Part shown: in pieces, positions 19,890-27,821 of the stretch | How positions within the stretch are numbered: position 1 is the stretch's first letter | Layout of the letters: every line of letters starts with the position of its first letter | Assembly: GCA_037190965.1 (NCBI GenBank) | Contig: JBBCKI010000030.1 | Location: forward strand, 1 to 64,000 | DNA: 64,000 bases | Direction of reading: 5' to 3' | Source: Chthoniobacteraceae bacterium | GTDB lineage: Bacteria; Verrucomicrobiota; Verrucomicrobiia; Chthoniobacterales; Chthoniobacteraceae | Notes under the pieces: model-generated | What the model saw: the letters and a program-made list of their open reading frames with translations, nothing else | Databases searched by the model: none | Told to the model about the DNA's origin: nothing | Translations under genes and position numbers: made by a program

Positions 19890-20354
19890 ATGAAAACATC
19901 AAAAGAATCCGTCGAGACCCGCGAAACACCCCCTTTGGAAGCCATTCTCGAGGCAGGAGTGGTGGCGCTGCCGCCCAGGCGTGGACAGGGCAAGCGAACC
20001 CGCGCGGAAACCCAGGAGTCAAGGCGCGAAAGACAGCGACGGGTCTGCGCCGACCTGCTCAAACGCTGGGTGCCGCTGGCCACGGCGGAGGAACTCGCGC
20101 TCCGCAAGGAGAACCGGGGCAAGCCCGTGATCGACGAAGAGCCACTGGAAGCCGGGCTGAAAGCGGGGGCATTCGTGCTCAAAGTGCTGGAGCGACTGGC
20201 AAAACTGGACGGCCTCGATGCCGCCGAGAAACGCGAGGTGACGCTGACGGAGACCGCGGACCCGTTGGAACTGGCGCGGCGGGTGCAAGCGGTCAGCCCC
20301 GTGCTGGCAGGAAGACTCAGTGGAGGCTCGCTTTCACGAACGGCACAGGGGTAG
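19890..20354 (+). CDS. Hypothetical protein with a phage terminase-small-subunit-like C-terminal motif
   Basis: Helical charged protein with LKVLERLAKLDGLDAAEKREV; GC3-rich codons in this frame. Confidence 0.55.
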   Translation: MKTSKESVETRETPPLEAILEAGVVALPPRRGQGKRTRAETQESRRERQRRVCADLLKRWVPLATAEELALRKENRGKPVIDEEPLEAGLKAGAFVLKVLERLAKLDGLDAAEKREVTLTETADPLELARRVQAVSPVLAGRLSGGSLSRTAQG

Positions 20355-20368
20355 AATATTCGGAACCC

Positions 20369-22243
20369 ATGAGCCCCAATGGAGAACACCCCTCGCGTGG
20401 CGCCTTCGATGCCGACGTCATCCGGCTGGGCGTGATGGCGGCGTGTATCGTCTTCAGCCTTCTCAATCGCTGGAGCCATTGGCTGCGGCACGACTGGGTG
20501 GCGCTCGGGGCGACGTTCATTGGCGGCTGGCCGGTTTTCGCGGAGGCATGGCGCAATCTCCTGAAGCGGAAGATGACCATGGAGCTCTCCATGACCATCG
20601 CGTTGGTGGCCGCCGTCGCCGTGGGAGAATTTCTGACGGCAGCGGTGATCGCCTTCTTCGTCCTCTTTGCCGAACGGGTGGAGGCCATGACCGTCGCGCA
20701 AGGCCGGCGGGCGCTGGGCGAACTGATGGAAGCCCTGCCGCGCACGGTGCTGGTGCTGCGCGATGGAAAGGAAGTCGAAGTCCCCGCCGAAGAAGTCGCT
20801 GCCGGGGCCATCACCCTCACCCGCCCCGGGGAGCGAATCGCCACCGACGGGGTGGTGCTGAAAGGCCACAGCTCCGTCAACGAAGCCTCGATCACCGGGG
20901 AGCCGCTCCCCGTGGAAAAGGAACCGGGGAGCCAGGTCTATGCCGGGACGCTCAACGAAGAAGGAGCGCTCGAAATCCGCGCGGAACGAACCGGGCGCGA
21001 TACCACCTTCGGCAGGATCGTCGAAATCGTGGAGGAGGCGGAGCGTTCCAAAGCACCCCTGGAGAGGGTCGCCGACCGGCTCGCAACCCTGCTCGTCGGT
21101 TTCGCGCTTGTGGCCGCGCTTGTTTCGTTGGCGTTGACGCGCAACGTCCAAACCGCCATCTCGATGGTGCTCGTCGTCGGCGCGTGCGGGGTGGCAGCCG
21201 GGACGCCACTCGCTTTGCTGGCGGGGCTCGGGCAGGCCGCGCGACGCGGAATCATCATCAAAGGGGGCGTCTATCTGGAGCAACTCGACGGAATCGACAC
21301 CGTGATTCTGGACAAGACCGGCACACTCACCCTCGGGATGCCGGAGGTAAAAGAGGTAATCGCGGTCAACGGGGTCGATCCTCAGGAGGTGCTGGCCCTG
21401 ACCGCCAGCGCGGAGACCGCCTCGGAGCACCCGCTGGGCCGGGCGATCCTGCGACGGGCCCGGGAGCAGGGGCTCACCCTCGCCCCCCTGGAGCATTTTC
21501 ACTACATCCCCGGGCGGGGGCTGGTGTGCACGCTTTCCCTCGCCAAGGGAGGCTCAGGCCCGCGCGAGATCATGGTCGGCTCGCGAAGGTTGCTTGCGGA
21601 GCGCGGCGTCGACCTCGCCCCCTATGCCGATTTCCTGGAACGCGCCGATCCCGGCTTCAGCAAGGTTTTCGTCGCGGAGGGAACGCGGGCGCTTGGAGTC
21701 GTCGTGCTGGGCGACAAGATCCGCCCCGGGGCCGCCGAGGCAATCGCCACCCTGAACCGACGCGGCCTGCGGACGATCCTCCTCTCCGGCGACGCCGACG
21801 CCACCGCAAAGAAAGTGGGCGATTCACTAGGCATCTCAGAATCCCACGGCGGCCTGTTGCCGCAGGACAAGCTGGAGTGGGTTCATAAGCTGATGAAAGC
21901 GGGCAACCGCGTGGTGATGGTGGGCGACGGTGTCAACGACGCCCCGGCGCTTGCGGCGGCCACCGTGGGGGTCGCCATGGGTCAGGGAACCGACGTAGCC
22001 CTGGCCACCGCCGACGTGACATTGATGCGAAGCAATCTCAACCGCTTCGTGGAGATGTTTACGATCAGCCACCGTTGCCTCCGCGTCATCCGGTTCAATT
22101 TCTGGGGAACGCTAGGCATCGACTCCGTCGGCATCGCCCTGGCGTGGTTCGGTTTCATCGGGCCGGTGGAAGCCGCGCTGATCCACGTCGGCAGCGAACT
22201 CGGGTTCATCCTGAATTCCGCGAGGCTCTTCCGCTGGCGCTGA
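20369..22243 (+). CDS. Heavy-metal-translocating P1B-type ATPase (atypical TM motif)
   Basis: ITGEPLPV, DKTGTLT, SEHPLG, LLSGD, MVGDGVNDAPALA; likely start ATG 20369. Confidence 0.92.
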   Translation: MSPNGEHPSRGAFDADVIRLGVMAACIVFSLLNRWSHWLRHDWVALGATFIGGWPVFAEAWRNLLKRKMTMELSMTIALVAAVAVGEFLTAAVIAFFVLFAERVEAMTVAQGRRALGELMEALPRTVLVLRDGKEVEVPAEEVAAGAITLTRPGERIATDGVVLKGHSSVNEASITGEPLPVEKEPGSQVYAGTLNEEGALEIRAERTGRDTTFGRIVEIVEEAERSKAPLERVADRLATLLVGFALVAALVSLALTRNVQTAISMVLVVGACGVAAGTPLALLAGLGQAARRGIIIKGGVYLEQLDGIDTVILDKTGTLTLGMPEVKEVIAVNGVDPQEVLALTASAETASEHPLGRAILRRAREQGLTLAPLEHFHYIPGRGLVCTLSLAKGGSGPREIMVGSRRLLAERGVDLAPYADFLERADPGFSKVFVAEGTRALGVVVLGDKIRPGAAEAIATLNRRGLRTILLSGDADATAKKVGDSLGISESHGGLLPQDKLEWVHKLMKAGNRVVMVGDGVNDAPALAAATVGVAMGQGTDVALATADVTLMRSNLNRFVEMFTISHRCLRVIRFNFWGTLGIDSVGIALAWFGFIGPVEAALIHVGSELGFILNSARLFRWR

Positions 22244-22931
22244 CCGTCTTGAGTCGCTCCGCCCGCCACTCCGGGACACTGAAGGGAAGCCGCAAAGCCG
22301 GGATACCTTTCGAGCGCAACTTTTGAACCCCCTCCCTCGCCATTACGCAATAGGGTCCCCGGCAATAGGCATAAACGGATTTCCCCTCCGTAATCCGGCG
22401 CAGTTCAACGGCGTTCAAATCGAGTTGAGCGAAGGGGACATTGCAGGCCCCCGGCAGATGGCCGGCTGCGAATTCATCGGCGGGGCGAAGATCGATAAGT
22501 GTGACCCGACCGCTCTTCAATTCCTGCGCAAGCTCCCTCGGGGCGAGCGATGCCATGCTTTCGGGGTCGCTGAAAAACTGTTGAATAACCTCCCTTGCCT
22601 CCGGCAGCAAATCCGCGCTGAACTCCCGGAAGATCAACCAGAAGCGGAGCACCTCCTTGCCTGCAAGGCGAACGAGAACATGACGACCCTGCTTCTCGGA
22701 AACGACCAGACAAGCGCCCCGCAACACCTTCAAATGGGCGCTTGCCGAGGCCAGCGATTGGCCAGTCAACCCGGCCAACTGCTCGACGGTTCTCTCGCCA
22801 TGAGTCAGCAAGCTCAACATTCGCAACCGTTGCGGACTGCTCATCGCGCTTCCGACCCGCGCGAACTGCTGGAAAAGAAGATCGCGCTCCGGGGGGGCGG
22901 GAGTCTTTTGCTCACGGGAGGAATTCTTCAT
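22206..22931 (-). CDS. ArsR/SmtB-family repressor fused to a rhodanese domain
   Basis: SSPQRLRML...SAHLKVLR winged HTH; LIDLRP..EFAAGHLPGA and YCRGPYC rhodanese motifs; TGATG coupling to doxD. Confidence 0.9.
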   Translation of the reverse strand: MKNSSREQKTPAPPERDLLFQQFARVGSAMSSPQRLRMLSLLTHGERTVEQLAGLTGQSLASASAHLKVLRGACLVVSEKQGRHVLVRLAGKEVLRFWLIFREFSADLLPEAREVIQQFFSDPESMASLAPRELAQELKSGRVTLIDLRPADEFAAGHLPGACNVPFAQLDLNAVELRRITEGKSVYAYCRGPYCVMAREGVQKLRSKGIPALRLPFSVPEWRAERLKTVSASGRASRNSG

Positions 22932-23947
22932 CACCGGGAAGGTATCACAAGCGGCGACGTCCAACTCAAGCCGCTAATATCGATCAACTCCACGATGTAA
23001 TGGCCCGGTTCCAAATGAGCCAGAGTCTCACCGCGCAGCGTTACATCGGCCCTTGCGCCGAGGGGAAGCACGAGACTATGCGCGCCGGGCTGCACTTTGG
23101 CGACATAGTGATTGTGGATATCCGCCGTGTCCAAGGCCGAGAACTGGCGGCCATCCCAACTTGCGACCACGTTCCCTTCCGCATCGCTAACCTTCAGACC
23201 GATGGCAAATGAGCCATAAACGTCGGCGCCTTCCACGCGGTAGACCTGCAGGGAGAGCGCTCCCCCCTGTAGAGAAACGTTGGAAAGCTCCACCCGCGGC
23301 TTCACCGAGAGGTTGTGCAGTTTCCCCCAGACGCCGCCGTGGAAGACCTGATTGGTAAAGAGCGTCAACCCAAGAGCAATCCCCGCCCCGCCAATGGTAA
23401 GGACGGAACCGAAACGCAGAGAGGGCTTGAGCCCGACCGCAAAGGCAACGAGCGGATGTCCCATCACCTTCGGCATTCGCCTGGAAAAAAAGTGATCCAG
23501 GGAATACCGTCCCCCTCCCGCAAAAGCGATCACAAGGCCGCCCGCGACCCCGAGGATGCCGATCTGCCATTCGTCAAGACAGGTGGTTCCGAGCCACCCG
23601 GCTCCCAACAGAATCCCGAGCGCCAGCATGCTCGTGGCGATCCCTGCGGCCCTCGTGAGGAGACCTAGCATCAGGGCGAGACCGACAACGCCTTCAAAGA
23701 GCGTAAAGCCAAGCAGCTTCCACCATAGAAGCGTGGGGCGGCTGACGAAAAACTCGATGATCGAGTCGATGAACAGGGCGTTGGGAAGAAAATGGTTAAA
23801 CTTCTCGCCAATATAACCGGACTGATCCGGGATCAATTTATTCTCGAGCACAAGCCGCCGCCAAAATGCGGAGAAGTATGTCCAGCCAAGGACAAGACGG
23901 AGCGGCAACAAGAGATTTCCCGGGAGGAGCGTGAGGCGGTTTAACAT
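22931..23947 (-). CDS. doxD: Thiosulfate:quinone oxidoreductase-like DoxD(A) membrane protein
   Basis: LRLVLGWTYFSAFWRR, YIGEKFNHFLP, GWLGTTCLDEWQIG, followed by a soluble YRVEGADVYGSF domain. Confidence 0.8.
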   Translation of the reverse strand: MLNRLTLLPGNLLLPLRLVLGWTYFSAFWRRLVLENKLIPDQSGYIGEKFNHFLPNALFIDSIIEFFVSRPTLLWWKLLGFTLFEGVVGLALMLGLLTRAAGIATSMLALGILLGAGWLGTTCLDEWQIGILGVAGGLVIAFAGGGRYSLDHFFSRRMPKVMGHPLVAFAVGLKPSLRFGSVLTIGGAGIALGLTLFTNQVFHGGVWGKLHNLSVKPRVELSNVSLQGGALSLQVYRVEGADVYGSFAIGLKVSDAEGNVVASWDGRQFSALDTADIHNHYVAKVQPGAHSLVLPLGARADVTLRGETLAHLEPGHYIVELIDISGLSWTSPLVIPSR

Positions 23948-23974
23948 AACGGCGGTTAGACGCGGCTCACAAAC

Positions 23975-24002
23975 AAACATTCAAATTATCATTTGATTGT
24001 TT
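23975..24002. promoter_or_regulatory. Candidate ArsR-family operator (12-4-12 inverted repeat)
   Basis: AAACATTCAAAT-TATC-ATTTGATTGTTT, one mismatch, 28 bp upstream of the doxD start. Confidence 0.65.
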
Positions 24003-24031
24003 TGTGACCACCGCCAAAGCCCCCCCGCGAA

Positions 24032-24188
24032 CGGTGCGGAACGCCGTAGTCCGCTCGCGCCGCCGAGCGGGTATCGGCTCCGCATCTCCCTTAACGCAGC
24101 ATCCTAATCCTTACCAGTCCGTCCGGCGGGGATGACCGCAACGTCGCCTCCGGGTCAATTCCCCCGCTCTCGGCGAGAGCGAACTACC
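24032..24188 (+). repeat. GTAG-REP doublet (REPIN) copy A, diverged
   Basis: GTAGTCCGCTCGCGCCGCCGAGCGGGTATCGG ... CCCGCTCTCGGCGAGAGCGAACTAC; homologous to copies B-F. Confidence 0.8.
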
Positions 24189-24258
24189 CGCCCCGCTCTC
24201 AATCCTCGGAGTCATATTTTCACTCGCCGTCATTTTTTAACTGGATTAGAACAGTGCG

Positions 24259-24510
24259 ATGATGCGCCGCATCTCCATCGCCGTTTTTTCCGCCGGTTGG
24301 ATCGGACCCTTGTGGCTCTCAGCGGAGACGCTTCGTCAGTATCTCGAAGTGGATCTCATTCCGCGCTGGCACGGGCATACCCCTCCCCTCAACAGCTTTC
24401 CTTTCGTGCATTTCAGCCGGCAAACTTTCACCTTAAGTTGCCTCTGGCTGGCAATGGTCGTTTTCCATTGGGCCTGGCGCTGGAGCCGCAATCCTGCAAC
24501 TCACCCGTGA
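24259..24510 (+). CDS. Small hypothetical membrane protein
   Basis: 83 aa with two hydrophobic segments; its stop overlaps the GTG start of the next gene (GTGA). Confidence 0.6.
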   Translation: MMRRISIAVFSAGWIGPLWLSAETLRQYLEVDLIPRWHGHTPPLNSFPFVHFSRQTFTLSCLWLAMVVFHWAWRWSRNPATHP

Positions 24511-25340
24511 AGGTAACCCGAAAAACCTTTCTGAAACTCGGCGCAGCGGGCATCGTGAGCAGCATCACAAGCCTGGGTTACAGCCGCTGGATCGAACCTG
24601 AATGCCTCTCGCTGGAGCGGGTGACAATCCCCATCCCCCGGCTACCCATGGCCTTCGACGGGTTCAGGATCGCGGTATTGAGCGACTTCCACCTTCAGCC
24701 GTTCACCACGTTGCCCCATATCGAAAAAGCCATCGCCCTGGTCAACGGCATCCGACCCGATCTGGTCGCCCTTCTCGGAGACTTCGTCGACGCAACGGCT
24801 GATGCGATTCACGATCTGGCCCCCGCACTCTCGCGCCTCAACGCGAGGCTGGGGGTCTTTGGCGTTCTCGGAAATCGCGACTATCGTAGAGGGCGAAATA
24901 TCGTGCGCGATATCCTGGAAGCAAACGGCATCCCCATCCTGGAAAACTCCGGTGTTTCGCTCGATGATGCGGGCGCGAGCCTCTTTCTGGCGGGGCTTGA
25001 GTCGGCATTGTACGGGCGGCCCAGCCTCGATGCGGCTCTCGAACGTCGCCGTGAGGGCACGCCAACCATCCTTTTGGTTCATGAGCCTGACTTCGCCGAC
25101 ATTGCCGCCGCCGATGGCCGGGTCTCCCTGCAACTCTCCGGGCACAGCCACGGCGGGCAGGTGCGCCTTCCCTTTTTCGGCGCGCTGCGACTGCCGAATT
25201 GGGGGCGCCACTATGACCTTGGGCTTTATCGCGTGGGAGAGATGCCCCTCTATACCAATCGCGGCATCGGCCTGGCCGATTTTCCGATACGCTTCAATTG
25301 CACGCCCGAGGTGACGGAGATCATCCTGCGCGGGGCGTAA
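24507..25340 (+). CDS. Metallophosphoesterase (YkuE/YaeI-like), copy 1, GNH motif altered to GNR
   Basis: Tat-like TRKTFLKLG; SDFH, GDFVD, GNRD, HEPD, SGHSHGGQ. Confidence 0.88.
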   Translation: MKVTRKTFLKLGAAGIVSSITSLGYSRWIEPECLSLERVTIPIPRLPMAFDGFRIAVLSDFHLQPFTTLPHIEKAIALVNGIRPDLVALLGDFVDATADAIHDLAPALSRLNARLGVFGVLGNRDYRRGRNIVRDILEANGIPILENSGVSLDDAGASLFLAGLESALYGRPSLDAALERRREGTPTILLVHEPDFADIAAADGRVSLQLSGHSHGGQVRLPFFGALRLPNWGRHYDLGLYRVGEMPLYTNRGIGLADFPIRFNCTPEVTEIILRGA

Positions 25341-25390
25341 GCAGCCCCCGATTTGATACCATGCGCAACTCCAGCTTAACTCTTCCGCCC

Positions 25391-26224
25391 GTGAAAGTAA
25401 CGCGAAAAGCCTTTCTGAAACTCGGCGCGGCGGGCGTCGTAAGCAGCATCGCGGGCCTGGGTTACAGCCGATGGATCGAGCCTGAACGCCTCTCGCTGGA
25501 GCGGGTGACAGTCCCGGTCCCCCGGCTACCCAACGCCTTCGACGGGTTCAGGATCGCGGTATTGAGCGACTTCCACCTTCAGCCGTTCACCACGTTGCCC
25601 CATATCGAAAAAGCCATCGCCCTGGTCAACGGCATCCGACCCGATCTGGTCGTCCTTCTCGGAGACTTCGTCGACGCAACGGCTGATGCGATTCACGATC
25701 TGGCCCCCGCACTCTCGCGCCTCAACGCGCGGTTGGGGGTCTTTGGCGTTCTGGGCAACCACGACTATTGGAAAGGGCGCAAGATCGTGCGCGACGGCCT
25801 GAAAGCAAACGGCATCTCCGTCCTCGAGAACTCCGGTGTTTCGCTCGGCACTGCAGGCGCGAGCCTTTTTCTGGCGGGGCTTGAGTCGGCATGGTGCGGA
25901 AAGCCGAACCTCGATGCGGCCCTCGACCGTCGTCGCGAAAACGCGCCAACGATCCTTTTGATTCACGAGCCTGATTTCGCCGACACCGCCGCCGCCGATG
26001 GCCGGGTCTCCCTGCAACTCTCCGGGCATAGCCACGGCGGACAGGTGCGCCTACCCTTCATCGGCGCGCTGGAATTGCCGAGCTGGGGCCGCCGCTATGA
26101 CCTGGGTCTTTACCGCGTGCGCGACATGACCCTCTACACCAATCGCGGCATCGGCGTGTCCGATGTTCCGGTCCGCTTCAATTGTCCGCCGGAGGTGACG
26201 GAGATCACCTTGCGTGGAGCGTAG
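25391..26224 (+). CDS. Metallophosphoesterase (YkuE/YaeI-like), copy 2
   Basis: TRKAFLKLG; SDFH, GDFVD, GNHD, HEPD, SGHSHGGQ; alternative start ATG 25361. Confidence 0.9.
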   Translation: MKVTRKAFLKLGAAGVVSSIAGLGYSRWIEPERLSLERVTVPVPRLPNAFDGFRIAVLSDFHLQPFTTLPHIEKAIALVNGIRPDLVVLLGDFVDATADAIHDLAPALSRLNARLGVFGVLGNHDYWKGRKIVRDGLKANGISVLENSGVSLGTAGASLFLAGLESAWCGKPNLDAALDRRRENAPTILLIHEPDFADTAAADGRVSLQLSGHSHGGQVRLPFIGALELPSWGRRYDLGLYRVRDMTLYTNRGIGVSDVPVRFNCPPEVTEITLRGA

Positions 26225-26282
26225 CCGCCCTCCGATTTGACACCATGCGCAACTCCAGCTTAACTCTGGTGTTCCTTCCAAG

Positions 26283-27038
26283 ATGAAGATCCCCCTGATT
26301 TTTTCGATTCAACCCACGGCGTTCGTCGCCCTCGCGACCCTGTGGTCGGGCGGCACTTCACTCCATGCGGCGACAGCCGAGCCGACCGAAAGGATGCCAG
26401 AAGCGGTTCCCCTCTCGCGCTATCAGGCGATGATCGATAAATCGCCCTTCGCCCCCGCCACGGCAGCCCCGGCCCCGGTGGTGGAGGCCCCATCGTTTGC
26501 GAAGGATTTCTACATCACCGGAATGGCCCAGTTCGGCTCAAAGCCGTTCGTCACGGTCTCCTCCCGCGATAATCAGAAGCGATTTTCGCTCGTCGAGGGG
26601 CAATCCTTCGAAGGCATGACCTTGACGAGCGTCGAATGGGCGCCGGAGGTTGGAAAAAGCAAGATCACCTTGAAAAAAGGGAGCGAATTCGGAGTCATCG
26701 GTTTTGATGAAGCGGCGATGCAGCCCGCAGCAGCCCCCGTGCCGCAGCCACAACAAATTCAGGCACAGGGCCCCTTCCCGGGAGGAGGACGCGGAGGCGG
26801 AAACTTTGGTTACGGCGACCGACAACGGCGACGCCCCAGAATGGAAGGCGAGGGCGGCAGCGAAGCCTGGCAAGAGCGGCGGCGCGCCTGGATCGAGGCC
26901 AACCAGCAACGGGCGGGAGCTCAGGGCCGGAATGGCCAGCCACAGGCTCACCCGGGTCAGCAAGGGCAACAAGGCCAGCAGCAGGCGGGATCGCAATGGA
27001 GGCGACGGCCCGCGACAATTCCCGGCGGACCTCAGTAG
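26283..27038 (+). CDS. Exported hypothetical protein (possible GspC-like domain, low-complexity Gln/Gly/Arg tail)
   Basis: Signal/TM; YQAMIDKSPF and FYITGM...LVEGQSFEGMTL pattern reminiscent of the T2SS GspC HR domain. Confidence 0.65.
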   Translation: MKIPLIFSIQPTAFVALATLWSGGTSLHAATAEPTERMPEAVPLSRYQAMIDKSPFAPATAAPAPVVEAPSFAKDFYITGMAQFGSKPFVTVSSRDNQKRFSLVEGQSFEGMTLTSVEWAPEVGKSKITLKKGSEFGVIGFDEAAMQPAAAPVPQPQQIQAQGPFPGGGRGGGNFGYGDRQRRRPRMEGEGGSEAWQERRRAWIEANQQRAGAQGRNGQPQAHPGQQGQQGQQQAGSQWRRRPATIPGGPQ

Positions 27039-27053
27039 CCGCCGTCCATCGAT

Positions 27054-27323
27054 CTACATCGCCTCCATCGTGATGCCATGGCCCGGCAGCAGGATGGGGA
27101 CGCCGTTCTGGATCACATAGAAGACAAGCCCGTCCTCCCGGAGCAACCCCTCGGTGATCGGTGTCCCGAGATCAATCTGGAGCGGCCCCGACGGAGTTGA
27201 ACTGAACCGCAGAGCCTTCTCGCACCGACGGCTTTCCACTCGGGCAACAGCGTCCTCCCTCGCAAGCGCAAGCCGCAGGCCCGTCTCGGGACAACGGACC
27301 TGCTCAGGAAGGGTCGGAGACAT
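27054..27323 (-). CDS. Trm112-like small protein
   Basis: VRCPETGLRL ... EGLLREDGLVFYVIQNGVPILL. Confidence 0.75.
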   Translation of the reverse strand: MSPTLPEQVRCPETGLRLALAREDAVARVESRRCEKALRFSSTPSGPLQIDLGTPITEGLLREDGLVFYVIQNGVPILLPGHGITMEAM

Positions 27324-27327
27324 CCGA

Positions 27328-27816
27328 TCAGTAATTGAAGCCGTTGGAACGCACCCGAACCATCGGTTCACGCCCGGGGTGTTGCAGGGCGCCGTCAAAG
27401 ACTTCGGCGAAGTAAAGGACGTGATCGCCCGTCACCATCTTTCCGGCCACCTTGCAGGCCAGAAAGGCGAATGCCTCGGTCAATTGCGGAATGCCGAAAA
27501 GATTTTCTGCGATCTCGTGCCCTTCGAACGGGTTCTCCGCATCGTGCCGGGCAAACGACTTCATCAGCGCGTTGTTCTCCTTGCTCAACACATGAATCCC
27601 GAAAAGCCCGTGACCATCGAGCGCCTGCACCAACGGGCGGTTTGGCCCGATGGCGAAGGAAATCATGGGCGGGGCGAAGCTGCACTGCTCGACGAAGCTG
27701 CAAAGCATCCCGAGCGGTTCTTCGCCGATCTGCGCCGTGGCAATGTAAAGGCCGCTCGCGACCTTCCCCAAGGCGGGGGCGATCCGTTCGCGATCCGTGG
27801 ATTCCTGTGATGACAT
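27328..27816 (-). CDS. Flavin reductase family protein
   Basis: ALGKVASGLYIATA, GMLCSFVEQCSFAPPMI, GDHVLYFAEV; start ATG 27816. Confidence 0.88.
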   Translation of the reverse strand: MSSQESTDRERIAPALGKVASGLYIATAQIGEEPLGMLCSFVEQCSFAPPMISFAIGPNRPLVQALDGHGLFGIHVLSKENNALMKSFARHDAENPFEGHEIAENLFGIPQLTEAFAFLACKVAGKMVTGDHVLYFAEVFDGALQHPGREPMVRVRSNGFNY

Positions 27817-27821
27817 CTGAA

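Larger units (their letters stand above)
24504..26267 (+). repeat. Tandem duplication, 884-bp unit
   Basis: GTG starts 24507/25391 and downstream ATTTGA(T/C)ACCATGCGCAACTCCAGCTTAACTCT at 25351/26235 are both offset by 884 bp. Confidence 0.95.

Noticed and set aside
19781..21888. 573-aa (-) and 522-aa (+) ORFs overlapping the ATPase, and the 812-aa extended ATPase start at 19805
   Set aside because: Arg/Gly-rich off-frame translations; the extension overlaps the 19890-20354 gene, so the start was reset to 20369
24132..24506. Long N-terminal extension of metallophosphoesterase copy 1
   Set aside because: Runs through REPIN A and the 83-aa ORF; alignment with copy 2 places the start at GTG 24507
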